Position numbers and translations under genes: made by a program. Of a stretch of DNA of 64,000 nt, positions 1 to 9,136 are shown piece after piece. The stretch is from Gammaproteobacteria bacterium. Lineage in GTDB: Bacteria > Pseudomonadota > Gammaproteobacteria > Eutrophobiales > Eutrophobiaceae. The DNA is taken from contig CBDCDS010000003.1 of assembly GCA_965215365.1 (NCBI GenBank), positions 768,001 to 832,000 of the forward strand, written 5' to 3'. Position 1 is the stretch's first letter. Every line of letters begins with the position of its first letter. A model generated the notes under the pieces. That model was given only the letters and a program-made list of their open reading frames with translations, was not told where the DNA came from and did no database searches.

Positions 1-13
1 GGTAGGCGATACT

Positions 14-1339
14 TTGACCGTTGACGTGGCCCGGCTTATCGGGCAGGGCATCGGCACGATTGCCGCCGATCAGGCTGAGCAGGTTATCATCGTCGGGCGC
101 GACGGCCGGTGCTCCAGCCCGGCTCTGGTCGCGGCCTTGATCGAGGGTTTGCGCGCCGCCGGTCGCGATGTTATCGATATCGGCATGGTACCGACGCCAT
201 TGCTGTATTTTGCCACGCGCCACCTCCCGACCCACAGCGGGGTCATGGTCACCGGCAGTCATAACGGGCCGGAATACAACGGCATGAAGCTGATTATGGC
301 CGGGCGAACCCTGTTCGGGGAAGCCTTGCAGAGCATTTACCAGCGCATCCTTGCCGGTGATTTCGTCTGTGGTTACGGTGCCTTGTCAGCTGCTGAAGTG
401 CGGGATGATTATCTCACGCGGGTTACCCGCGACATGCCCCCGGCCGGCAACGCCAGCGCGCTGAACCTCGTTATCGACTGCGGCAACGGCGTGGCCGGCG
501 CGGTGGCGCCTGCACTGTTCCGCGCCCTGGGCCATCGGGTCGAGGAGCTGTACTGCGAGGTGGACGGCGCGTTTCCCAACCACCATCCCGACCCCAGCCA
601 GCCGCAAAACCTGGAGGCGCTGATTGACGCGGTAGTCACTCGGGGTGCCGACCTTGGGTTGGCCTTTGACGGTGACGGCGACCGCCTGGGCGTGGTTGAC
701 AGCAACGGCCACGTTATCTGGCCGGATCGACAGTTGATGGTGTTTGCCAAGGATGTGCTGAGCCGCAACCAGGGTGCCAGTATTGTCTATGACGTGAAAT
801 GTTCGCGCTACTTAAAGACCGTGATCGAGGCTGCCGGCGGCGTGCCGCTGATGTGGAAGACCGGGCACTCGTTAATCAAGAGCAAAATGGAAGCGGAGCA
901 GGCGCCACTCGCCGGTGAGTTAAGCGGCCACATCTTTTTCAAGGAACGCTGGTACGGGTTTGACGATGCTCTGTACGCCGGCGCCCGCCTGTTGGAGCTG
1001 CTGGCGCAAAGCAAAATGAGCTCCGCCGCGCTGTTCGCCGGGATCCCGGAGGGTGTCTCCACGCCCGAATTGCGGGTGCAGTTGCCGGAGACGGAGCATC
1101 GGTCTTACATGCACAAGCTGCGCGCCAAGGCAGATTTTCCCGATGCGGAAATTATCGATACCGACGGCATCCGGGTGGAATTTGCAGACGGCTGGGGTCT
1201 GGTGCGTTCTTCCAATACCTCACCGGCGCTGACCGTGCGCTTCGAGGCGGACCATGACGCGGCCTTAAAGCGCATACAGGCGCAGTTCCGTACCCTGTTG
1301 CAGAACAGCGCCGATTATGCCATGGAGTTGCCGTTTTAG
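14..1339 (+). CDS. algC: Phosphomannomutase/phosphoglucomutase (5' end probably lies before the window)
   Basis: Motifs VTGSHN (phosphoserine), DGDGDR (metal loop), GELSGH; next to pyrE as in many Gammaproteobacteria. Confidence 0.95.
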   Translation: MTVDVARLIGQGIGTIAADQAEQVIIVGRDGRCSSPALVAALIEGLRAAGRDVIDIGMVPTPLLYFATRHLPTHSGVMVTGSHNGPEYNGMKLIMAGRTLFGEALQSIYQRILAGDFVCGYGALSAAEVRDDYLTRVTRDMPPAGNASALNLVIDCGNGVAGAVAPALFRALGHRVEELYCEVDGAFPNHHPDPSQPQNLEALIDAVVTRGADLGLAFDGDGDRLGVVDSNGHVIWPDRQLMVFAKDVLSRNQGASIVYDVKCSRYLKTVIEAAGGVPLMWKTGHSLIKSKMEAEQAPLAGELSGHIFFKERWYGFDDALYAGARLLELLAQSKMSSAALFAGIPEGVSTPELRVQLPETEHRSYMHKLRAKADFPDAEIIDTDGIRVEFADGWGLVRSSNTSPALTVRFEADHDAALKRIQAQFRTLLQNSADYAMELPF

Positions 1340-1599
1340 CCCGCATATGCCCATGTCTGGAGCAACCGAAATCCCAGCAATCCCAATCAGGGCCCCGGCG
1401 AGATGGTGATACCGGTTTTAAGCCCGCCTGTGAACACCAGTCAATGGACGGAATCAGGCAGCGCCTACTTCATGTTCATGGGCGGCAAGGGCTGCGCGAC
1501 GGTCAACTATGCGGGACAGACCGACGGTACCAACCAGTAACGGGGGTGCCGGAATGGCGGGCGGGGCGCAATGCTCCCGGAGCATGGTTCCCAGTGGTC

Positions 1600-2247
1600 T
1601 CAGACTCCGTATTGCTTGCGGTAACGCGCCATGGCTTGCAGTTGCGTTGCCTGCTGCGGTTGCCGGCGCAGGTATTCGAGCAGGTGGTCGAAGTTGATGA
1701 TGGGGAGCACGGGAATCCGGTAGCGCTGCTGAATTTCCTCAATGGCAGACAGGTCGCTACCGTCGCCCGCGCGTTCCTGCCGGTCCAGGGCGATGGCCAC
1801 GGCTGCGGGCCGGGCGCCGTGGCGCCGTATCAGGTCAATGCAGTGGTGCACGGAGGTGCCGGCGGTAATCACGTCATCAACAATCAGCACCTCGCCGCGC
1901 AGGGCCGCGCCGGCCACCATGCCGCCCTCGCCGTGGTCTTTTTCCTCCTTGCGGTCAAAGCTGTAGGGCAGCGCGCGGTGATATGTCTGCGCGTAGGCAA
2001 TAGCAACCGCCGTCACCAGCGGGATACCCTTGTAGGCCGGGCCGAACAGCATATCGAAGGACAGCCCGGCATGGTCTATGGCGCGCAGGTAGAAGGTGCC
2101 CAGCTGCCCGAGGCTGGCACCGTCGTTAAACAGCCCGCTGTTGAAAAAATACGGACTGACACGGCCCGACTTGAGGGTAAAACGGCCGAATTGCAACGCC
2201 TCATTGCGGATTGCAAACTCGATAAATTCGGCCTGATAGGTCTCCAT
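1600..2247 (-). CDS. pyrE: Orotate phosphoribosyltransferase
   Basis: FTLKSGRVSPYFFN, FGPAYKGIP, KDHGEGG, PRPP motif LIVDDVITAG. Confidence 0.97.
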   Translation of the reverse strand: METYQAEFIEFAIRNEALQFGRFTLKSGRVSPYFFNSGLFNDGASLGQLGTFYLRAIDHAGLSFDMLFGPAYKGIPLVTAVAIAYAQTYHRALPYSFDRKEEKDHGEGGMVAGAALRGEVLIVDDVITAGTSVHHCIDLIRRHGARPAAVAIALDRQERAGDGSDLSAIEEIQQRYRIPVLPIINFDHLLEYLRRQPQQATQLQAMARYRKQYGV

Positions 2248-2374
2248 AAGCTGCGTCAGGCGCGGCAGGCGCAGGAGTAGTGATGCGGGTGTAGCCCCTG
2301 CATGGATGCGGGGTCGGTGTTATCATTAGCGGGCATCGTTGTTCCTCCGGCAACCACTGCGGACAGAGTATAAC

Positions 2375-3142
2375 ATGAAGATAATCACCTTAAACGCCAA
2401 TGGTATCCGCGCCGCCTGCAGCAAGGGGTTTCTGGACTGGATGCTGCAACAGCAGGCCGATGTGATCTGCCTGCAGGAAATCAAGGCGCAGACCGAACAA
2501 CTGGCGGCCCACGTGCTGCAACCGGACGGGTATTTCGGTTACTTCAACAGCGCCGAGAAAAAAGGCTACAGCGGCGTTGCCTTGTATTCGCGCCGCCCGC
2601 CGGCGCGCGTCAATGCCACCCTGGGCTGGGCTCAGGCCGACCGGGAGGGGCGTTTTTTGCAGGCCGACTATGCCGGGTTCAGCGTTATCTCAGTATATCT
2701 GCCGTCCGGCACTTCGGGGGAGGAACGTCAGGCGGTCAAGTACGACTTCATGGCGCGTTTCGAGCCGGTGCTGGCGGCGATGCTGCAACAGGACCATGAA
2801 TTTATCATCTGTGGCGACTGGAACATCGCGCACCGGCAGCTCGACTTGAAAAACTGGCGCAGCAACCAGAAAAACTCCGGGTTTTTACCGGAGGAGCGCG
2901 CCTGGCTGGACAAGGTGTTCGGCGAGCTGGGGCTGGTTGATGCGTTCCGGGTGGTAAACCCGCAGCCGGAACAATATACCTGGTGGTCAAACCGGGGCCA
3001 GTCCTGGGCCAAAAACGTGGGCTGGCGCATAGATTACCAGGTCATCACCCCGGGTCTGGCCGACCGGGTGCGGGCCGCGTCCATTTACAAGGCGCAACGC
3101 TTCTCCGACCACGCACCGCTCGTTATTGAATACGATATTTGA
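2375..3142 (+). CDS. xth: Exodeoxyribonuclease III family (Xth/Crc-like)
   Basis: MKIITLNANGIRA, CLQEIK, GDWNIAH, WRIDY, SDHAP; divergent from pyrE; start taken at ATG 2375. Confidence 0.92.
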   Translation: MKIITLNANGIRAACSKGFLDWMLQQQADVICLQEIKAQTEQLAAHVLQPDGYFGYFNSAEKKGYSGVALYSRRPPARVNATLGWAQADREGRFLQADYAGFSVISVYLPSGTSGEERQAVKYDFMARFEPVLAAMLQQDHEFIICGDWNIAHRQLDLKNWRSNQKNSGFLPEERAWLDKVFGELGLVDAFRVVNPQPEQYTWWSNRGQSWAKNVGWRIDYQVITPGLADRVRAASIYKAQRFSDHAPLVIEYDI

Positions 3143-3174
3143 GCGGCACGCCTAATTCCCCCTGCCCGGTTCAC

Positions 3175-3618
3175 CTACTCCGTAAAAAACTGCTGCTGAA
3201 ACGAGAAGCTCAAGGCGACGGACTCGCCCTCGGGGATGATGCTCAGCTCGAAGTTCAGCGTCTCCTCGTTACTCACGGACGTTTCGGCGATGTAGTAGAG
3301 GGCCCCGTTGCTGCTTAACTCGCGGGTGTTCAGGGTTTTCAGCTGCCGGTTCAGATTGGTGGCCGTGGCCTGCACCTGCGCCGGCACCGGCTGTCCGGTG
3401 GTGCCCAGCACTTTTTTCAGCACGCTGACGTTGAGGATCGCGCGATTTTTACTGCGACGAATCTTGTACAGCCGGGCCACCTCAGGCGATAACATGTCCG
3501 TGGTAAAGGCCGCGTAGTGGATGGTGTAATCGCCGAATGATTTTGACTGCTCGGCATTGGCAGCCGGGCCGCCGATCATTACCAGGGTTGTGATCAGGGC
3601 AACGATAATGCGAGACAT
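3175..3618 (-). CDS. DUF4426 family exported protein
   Basis: Signal peptide, FGDYTIHY, R-S-K-N-R-A-I-L-N-V-S-V, ALYYIAE; normally downstream of yggT. Confidence 0.85.
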   Translation of the reverse strand: MSRIIVALITTLVMIGGPAANAEQSKSFGDYTIHYAAFTTDMLSPEVARLYKIRRSKNRAILNVSVLKKVLGTTGQPVPAQVQATATNLNRQLKTLNTRELSSNGALYYIAETSVSNEETLNFELSIIPEGESVALSFSFQQQFFTE

Positions 3619-3680
3619 GGGATGCTCCGTGTTACTGGAACCTCAAGCATACTACACCCGAGGCACCACTGGCAACAGGC

Positions 3681-4814
3681 TGTCCAGGTTCAATACCTAT
3701 GAGACTCAGAGGCAGGCTGTGTGAGTTGTTGATAATACTCCATTGGGGTTAATAAACCAATACCGTTATGCGGGCGGTAGGTATTGTAGTATTGCTGATA
3801 CTCTGCCAGTTTGCGGTTGATGGCGGCCACGGTCAGTGGACCCTCGTAGAACGGATAGAACTCATAGCGGCTGGTGGCATTGGCGCGTTCTACACAGCCG
3901 TTGTATTCGGGTTTTTTCGGGGGCAGCACGTACAGGGGGATTCCTAAGTCCTGGCAAGCCTGCTCGAACTCATCTCGGAACTCCGAGCCGCCATCGACCT
4001 GGATAGAACGGATGGGAAACGGCGCCTCTTGGCACAGCGCTTTTAAGAAGCGCCGGGCATTGCCACTGGTGGCCCGACTGTAGGCTCGCAGCGCACTCCA
4101 TTTGCTCACCGGACAGACGGCCTTGAACTCCTTCACCGTGATGCCGTCCGTGAAGCCGACACTCATGTGGTCTATCTGCATCAACTCCCCTGGCGCCTTA
4201 GCCTTCATCCCGTAGCGCCAGCGCTTGGCATGATGGGTAAACGCCCGGCGGCGCTTAGGCTTCACCCGGCCATAGTAAAACGCCACCGGCTTGACCCGAC
4301 CCAGCCGCACCCGCTTCGCCACGATGCGCCCGACCGTACTCTCGCTCAAAGTCCAGCCCTGCTCGCGCACCCCCACCCGCCAGAGCTTACGCTTACCCCA
4401 TAACGGATAACGTTGGCGAAGGTGCAAGACCTGCTGCTCGTGCTGGCGCGTCCATTGCGGCACACGCCGCCGCCGCGGCGCACGAGAGCCACACCCCAGA
4501 CCCTTCAGCCCATGTTCACGATACCGCTTCAACCAACGGTAGTAGGTCGCCCTCGACCAACCTACTGCTGCCAGTGCCGTCGCCTCACCACACCCATCCT
4601 CGCGTAACGTCGCAACTAATTCCAACTGCTTCAAACGACCGAGCGCGTCAGCATCGGTAGTATCATCGACGCGCCAACTGCGATATGATTTCACCCGCTT
4701 ACCTTTTGATCTGCATCGGGTAGTCCTCCTGTGTCAATTAGTTGAGATTAATTCACACACTTAACTACCCGATTTCTTTATCTAAAGAGTCTCACTTGTT
4801 TCTGAACCTGGACA
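3681..4814 (-). mobile_element. IS481-family insertion sequence, copy 1
   Basis: Terminal inverted repeats TGTCCAGGTTCA...TGAACCTGGACA; near-identical to the copy at 11611-12742; flanks (ACAGGC / CCTTGC) are not a TSD. Confidence 0.9.
3690..4716 (-). pseudogene. IS481 transposase with a stop at codon 6 (ATG CAG ATC AAA AGG TAA); the frame is open from GTG 4694
   Basis: HTH plus rve core (QIDH, IQVDGGSEF, NGCVER, YNTYRPH); GTAA replaces CCT relative to copy 3. Confidence 0.8.
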
Positions 4815-4847
4815 CCTTGCCGAAACTGGGTATTGAGTGAACATTCA

Positions 4848-5753
4848 TCATTGCCATACCGGATGCTCCATCCAGTTTTCAGGTACTCCCATAGCTGCCC
4901 GCCATTTCTTGTCCTCCGCGATGGGCTTAAGCAGGTGGTCACATTGGTGTTTCCACTCATTGCTATCGTGAGCCCTTCGTAGCAAGTGTCGAAGCATTAA
5001 AAGAACAAAAAAAAGCCTGTTATTACGAGGGGTCAAGGGTGGATTCCAGTCTATCGCGCGCATTTTGCCTGGGCGAATTGCGAGTTCCCTGTTCCACAGG
5101 CGTCCGTGGTGTGAGCAGATATTGCGAATATAGGTGAGGGCATGAAGCCAGTCAGCCAGACACTTATGATGGAGTGAAAATTCATCAGAGATACTTCTCT
5201 TATCGTCATTTTTCAACCCCCAATAACCTCTGGATAAGCTGCCAAGCGACATCACCTCCGTGGCCATCCAAATCGGCAGAGTGGGAAATCCGGTGTAATT
5301 ATCTTTATAGTGAGCAATAAACACATCCTTGGATCCGGCAGTATCTTTCTCAAGTTTTTGTAGCCAGAGAGCATGATCGAATTTAGGATAAAAGTTCGCA
5401 GGTCTGGTATGTCCAAACGTACCGTACCTGTGACCTACCTGATAGGTAAATAATGCGCGCGCGCATACCTCAATGCGTTCAATAGCATCCATCACCAGGA
5501 GGCGCAACCGGCGATCAAACTCGTATAAACTGATGACCTCATCGAATTGAGAGCCTTCCTCAAAATCATCTGTAATGGTGCCGTCCCGCGTCTTCTTGCG
5601 GAGGGGGTGCCAGTAGGCACTCAGACGGTAATAACCGATGGTCCTCAGATGGGATAACGTCCGACTATCATCATCAATGATCAGTCCCCGGTTTTTCAGC
5701 TGTTGTAGTTGCTGTGCAAACGTGAGGGGAGATTTTTTGTAGACTTCTGCCAC
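4848..5753 (-). CDS. Abi_2 / AbiD-AbiF family abortive-infection protein (HEPN RNase)
   Basis: K-x-PLT-x-x-QQL..L..RGL, IGYYRLSAY, LYEFDRRLR, PIWMATEVMSLG, HEPN RxxxxH = RNICSHH, RLWNR; GTG 5753 taken as start. Confidence 0.92.
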   Translation of the reverse strand: MAEVYKKSPLTFAQQLQQLKNRGLIIDDDSRTLSHLRTIGYYRLSAYWHPLRKKTRDGTITDDFEEGSQFDEVISLYEFDRRLRLLVMDAIERIEVCARALFTYQVGHRYGTFGHTRPANFYPKFDHALWLQKLEKDTAGSKDVFIAHYKDNYTGFPTLPIWMATEVMSLGSLSRGYWGLKNDDKRSISDEFSLHHKCLADWLHALTYIRNICSHHGRLWNRELAIRPGKMRAIDWNPPLTPRNNRLFFVLLMLRHLLRRAHDSNEWKHQCDHLLKPIAEDKKWRAAMGVPENWMEHPVWQ

Positions 5754-5775
5754 CAGAGGGTCTCGAAATACAGGC

Positions 5776-5862
5776 AAAAAAAAGCCGCCAAGGTTGCGCA
5801 TAAACAGCAGCTTCAACGATTGAAGCTGATTGCTGCGTTCAGAGGCGTGACGGCTGTGTTAG
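5776..5862 (-). ncRNA. Structured RNA upstream of the abiF-like gene (abiF-motif-like antitoxin RNA / attenuator)
   Basis: Outer stem AGCCGUCA/UGGCGGCU followed by a U8 tract; inner perfect 9-bp hairpin CAGCUUCAA-UCG-UUGAAGCUG; middle CGCA/UGCG pairing; lies between the promoter and the CDS. Confidence 0.75.
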
Positions 5863-5866
5863 TTGG

Positions 5867-5895
5867 ATTATAGTGCAAATGCGCGACAGTTTCAA
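5867..5895 (-). promoter_or_regulatory. sigma70 promoter for the ncRNA-abiF unit
   Basis: Minus strand TTGAAA-N17-TATAAT. Confidence 0.8.
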
Positions 5896-5901
5896 CACTT
5901 G

Positions 5902-6676
5902 TGTCCAGGTTCAATACCTATGAGACTGTGCTGTGTGAGTTGTTGATAATACTCCATTGGGGTTAATAGACCCATACCGTCATGCGGGCGGTAGGTACGG
6001 TCACGCCGTCCGTGAAGCCGACACTCATGGGGTCTATCTGCATCAACTCCCCTGGCGCCTTAGCCTTCATCCCGTAGCGCCAGCGCTTGGCATGATGGGT
6101 AAACGCCCGGCGGCGCTTAGGCTTCACCCGGCCATAGTAAAACGCCACCGGCTTGACCCGACCTAGCCGCACCAGCTTCGCCACGATGCGCCCGACCGTA
6201 CTCTCGCTCAAAGTCCAGCCCTGCTCGCGCACCCCCACCCGCCAGAGCTTACGCTTACCCCACAACGGATAACGTTGGCGAAGGTGCAAGACCTGCTGCT
6301 CGTGCTGGCGCGTCCATTGCGGCACACGCCGCCGCCGCGGCGCACGAGAGCCACACCCCAGACCCTTCAGCCCATGTTCACGATACCGCTTCAACCAACG
6401 GTAGTAGGTCGCCCTCGACCCACCTACTGCTGCCAGTGCCGTCGCCTCACCACACCCATCCTCGCGTAACGTCGCAACCAATTCCAACTGCTTCAAACGA
6501 CCGCGCGCGTCAGCATCGGTAGTATCATCCACGCGCCAACTGCGATATGATTTCACCCGCTTACCTTTTGATCTGCATCGGGTAGTCCTCCTGTGTAAGT
6601 TAATCGAAATCACTTTACACACTTAACTACCCGATTTCTTTATCTAAAGAGTCTCACTTGTTTCTGAACCCGGACA
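5902..6676 (-). mobile_element. IS481-family copy 2, internally deleted (non-autonomous)
   Basis: Both TIRs intact; about 350 bp of the catalytic core missing relative to copy 1; same codon-6 stop. Confidence 0.88.
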
Positions 6677-6695
6677 AAACCGGCGAATACACTGC

Positions 6696-7277
6696 TCACA
6701 GGGCCAGCGCCCGTCCCAAGTCGGCCAGCGGCCGCACCAGCAGTATCAACGACAGCTGCAGGAAGACAAACACCAGGACCGGGGAGAAATCGATACCCTG
6801 AACGGCCGGTAACACCCTGCGCGCAGGGCCCAGCAAGGGCTCGGAGAGCTGGCTCAGCAGCGCGGTCATGGGGTTATAGGCGCCGGGGTTGACCCAGCTG
6901 AGAATAATCTGCACGAAAATGACGAACATGAAGATGTAGATGATCAGCCGCATGAGTTCGGCCACGCTGAGCAGCAGCAGGCCGGATGGGGCTAGGAATG
7001 TTCCATAAGCAAGCAGACCGGCAACAAACAGCTTGAGGCACTGTAGCGCGACCATGAGGATGATGCAGGACCAGTCAACCCCACCAAACCCCGGCGCCAC
7101 GCGGCGCAGCGGGCGCAACGGCGGGTCAGTCACCCGTAACAGGAATTGCGAGAGGGGGTTGCGGGCATCGGCCCGCACCGTCTGCAACAAAAAGCGCAAC
7201 GTGACCAGCAGGATGTACAAGGCAAACACGGTATTGACCAGATACAGCAGGGCCTCGGACGTATATGAGTTAACCAT
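6696..7277 (-). CDS. yggT: YggT family membrane protein
   Basis: Two YGGT repeats (NPLSQF..VTDP.L.PLRR; SWVNP...EPLL.P.RR...GIDFSP); follows proC. Confidence 0.93.
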   Translation of the reverse strand: MVNSYTSEALLYLVNTVFALYILLVTLRFLLQTVRADARNPLSQFLLRVTDPPLRPLRRVAPGFGGVDWSCIILMVALQCLKLFVAGLLAYGTFLAPSGLLLLSVAELMRLIIYIFMFVIFVQIILSWVNPGAYNPMTALLSQLSEPLLGPARRVLPAVQGIDFSPVLVFVFLQLSLILLVRPLADLGRALAL

Positions 7278-7280
7278 GGT

Positions 7281-8102
7281 TCAAGCCAGCGGGCCGGCCA
7301 GCTCCAGCGAGCGTTGCCGCGCGGCCGTCAGCGCCTGCCGCAGCAACGCCTCCAACCCTTGTTCCTGAAATACCTGCAAGGCCTGTTCCGTAGTGCCGCC
7401 GGGGGAAGTGACCCGCTGCCGGAGGGTGGCCGCCGGTTCGCCGGTTTCCTTCAGCATCCGCGCCGCCCCCAGCGCGGTTTCCACGCTCAGCAGGCGCGCC
7501 TGTTGTTCGGACAGGCCCAGCTCGCCGGCAATTTTTTCCAGCAGTTCCACGATCAGGAAAAAATAAGCAGGCCCGCTGCCGGAGACGGCAGTGACGCTGT
7601 CGAGCAACGCTTCCTCGGCCAGCCAGACCGTGACGCCGACCGCCTGCATAATGCGCGCGGCACTATCGCGCGGCGCGGCACTGACATCGGTGCCGGCGTA
7701 CAGGCCGGTGGCGCCGGCGCGCAACAATGCCGGCGTATTGGGCATGGCGCGCACTACCGGACAGACTCCGCCCAAGGCCGCCCGGATGGTCGCGCAGCGC
7801 ACCCCGGCAACGATGGACAACACCAGCGGCGACCTGTTTTGCAGAGCTTGTTGCAGTTCGGCCAGCGCCGCCGGGAGCGTCTGCGGCTTCACCGCCAGCA
7901 CGATAATGTCGGCGTCGGCGACCCCTTCGGCTAGCGCCGCCACCGTGCGTATCGCGCAACGCTGTGCCAGCCGGCGCCGCTGGGCTTCATCCGGGTCAAC
8001 GCCACACAGAGAGGACGCAGGATACCCGTTCGCAATGAGACCGCCGACAAGACTGGCCCCCATATTGCCACAGCCAAGAAAGGTGACATTCTGATCCTGC
8101 AT
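7281..8102 (-). CDS. proC: Pyrroline-5-carboxylate reductase
   Basis: FLGCGNMG, LAVKPQ, RAMPNTP, SGSGPAYF, VTSPGGTT. Confidence 0.97.
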   Translation of the reverse strand: MQDQNVTFLGCGNMGASLVGGLIANGYPASSLCGVDPDEAQRRRLAQRCAIRTVAALAEGVADADIIVLAVKPQTLPAALAELQQALQNRSPLVLSIVAGVRCATIRAALGGVCPVVRAMPNTPALLRAGATGLYAGTDVSAAPRDSAARIMQAVGVTVWLAEEALLDSVTAVSGSGPAYFFLIVELLEKIAGELGLSEQQARLLSVETALGAARMLKETGEPAATLRQRVTSPGGTTEQALQVFQEQGLEALLRQALTAARQRSLELAGPLA

Positions 8103-8162
8103 GAGGAAACATCATAGCAGGATTTATACGTAGCGACAGAAATAGTGCCGGAATGACGACCA

Positions 8163-8178
8163 GGGGGCGAGTAGTTAC
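8163..8178. mobile_element. Solo IS66-type terminal repeat
   Basis: GGGGGCGAGTAGTTAC is identical to the right end of the element at 21640-23917. Confidence 0.7.
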
Positions 8179-8187
8179 AGCCGTGGC

Positions 8188-8871
8188 TCACTTGCGCGGC
8201 CCGAACAGCGCGGTACCGATCCGCACCAGGGTTGCGCCCTCGGCAATGGCGGCGCGCATGTCGTTGGTGGTCCCCATGGATAAGGTATCGAGAGTGAAAC
8301 CCCGGTCGATGAGCCGTTCCTGCGCCTGCCGCAGCTGCGCAAAGGCGCGCCGCTGCACAGTAAAATCAGCCGCCGGCGCCGGCAGCGCCATCAGCCCCCT
8401 CAGCCGCAACCGGGGCAACGCGCAAATCTGCTCCGCCAACGCTTCCAGCGCGTCCGGGGCGACGCCGGACTTGCTCGTCTCGGCGTCAATATTAACCTGT
8501 ATGCACACGTTCAGCGGCGGCAGGCCGGGCGCACGCGCGGTATCTAGTCGCGTGGCAATGCGCCCGCGCGCCAGCGAGTGTACCCAATCGAAACAGGCGG
8601 CGATGGCGCCGGTCTTGTTGGACTGCGCCGGGCCGATAAAATGCCAACCAAGCGACTGCTCAGACAGTTGTTTGAGCTTGCCCTGCGCCTCCTGTACATA
8701 GTTCTCCCCGAAGTCCGTCACCCCCAGCTGCGCCAGCGCCCGCACTGCGTCGGCGCCCCGGGTCTTGCTTACCGCCAGCAATTTCACACTCCCGGCTTCC
8801 CGCCCGAACTCCCGCTCTGCTTTTGCTATCTCCCGGCGCACCCGTTGCAAACGCTCAGGTAAATCATTCAT
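8188..8871 (-). CDS. yggS: YggS family PLP-binding protein
   Basis: LLAVSKT, FGENYVQE, WHFIG, LSMG, VRIGTALFG. Confidence 0.96.
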   Translation of the reverse strand: MNDLPERLQRVRREIAKAEREFGREAGSVKLLAVSKTRGADAVRALAQLGVTDFGENYVQEAQGKLKQLSEQSLGWHFIGPAQSNKTGAIAACFDWVHSLARGRIATRLDTARAPGLPPLNVCIQVNIDAETSKSGVAPDALEALAEQICALPRLRLRGLMALPAPAADFTVQRRAFAQLRQAQERLIDRGFTLDTLSMGTTNDMRAAIAEGATLVRIGTALFGPRK

Positions 8872-9081
8872 GGTGTCAGTCTAAACCGTTAGCGGCGCCA
8901 GCTGAACTTTCATGCTCAGTCCACTGCACACCTCGCCGTTCGTCGTAGCGGTCCGCCGCCGATAATTACCACTTGGTGTTCGCATTTGGCTATACTATAC
9001 GCGGGAGTATCATCAGGGTGCCTCTGAAAACCGGAGGTTCCTGCGGTTCGGCTTCGAGGTCGGGCATCACCCGGCCCCATA

Positions 9082-9110
9082 AAGGCGCCTCTAAAGTTAG
9101 AGGTCACCGT
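9082..9110. repeat. About 30-bp palindromic CCTCT-N-AGAGG element (family also at 9015, 25598, 33530, 44755, 61604)
   Basis: AAGGCGCCTCTAAAGTTAGAGGTCACC; similar copies recur in intergenic regions. Confidence 0.6.
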
Positions 9111-9136
9111 ACTATTCACCGGATCATTATAATGTC

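Noticed and set aside
1340-1348. CCCGCATAT after the algC stop (and GCGGGTTAACCCG at about 32209) as MITE scars
   Set aside because: Suggestive, but too short to support on their own
8916-9000. HQVVIIGGGP, a possible FAD-oxidoreductase remnant
   Set aside because: Only one short motif, with no start codon or continuation
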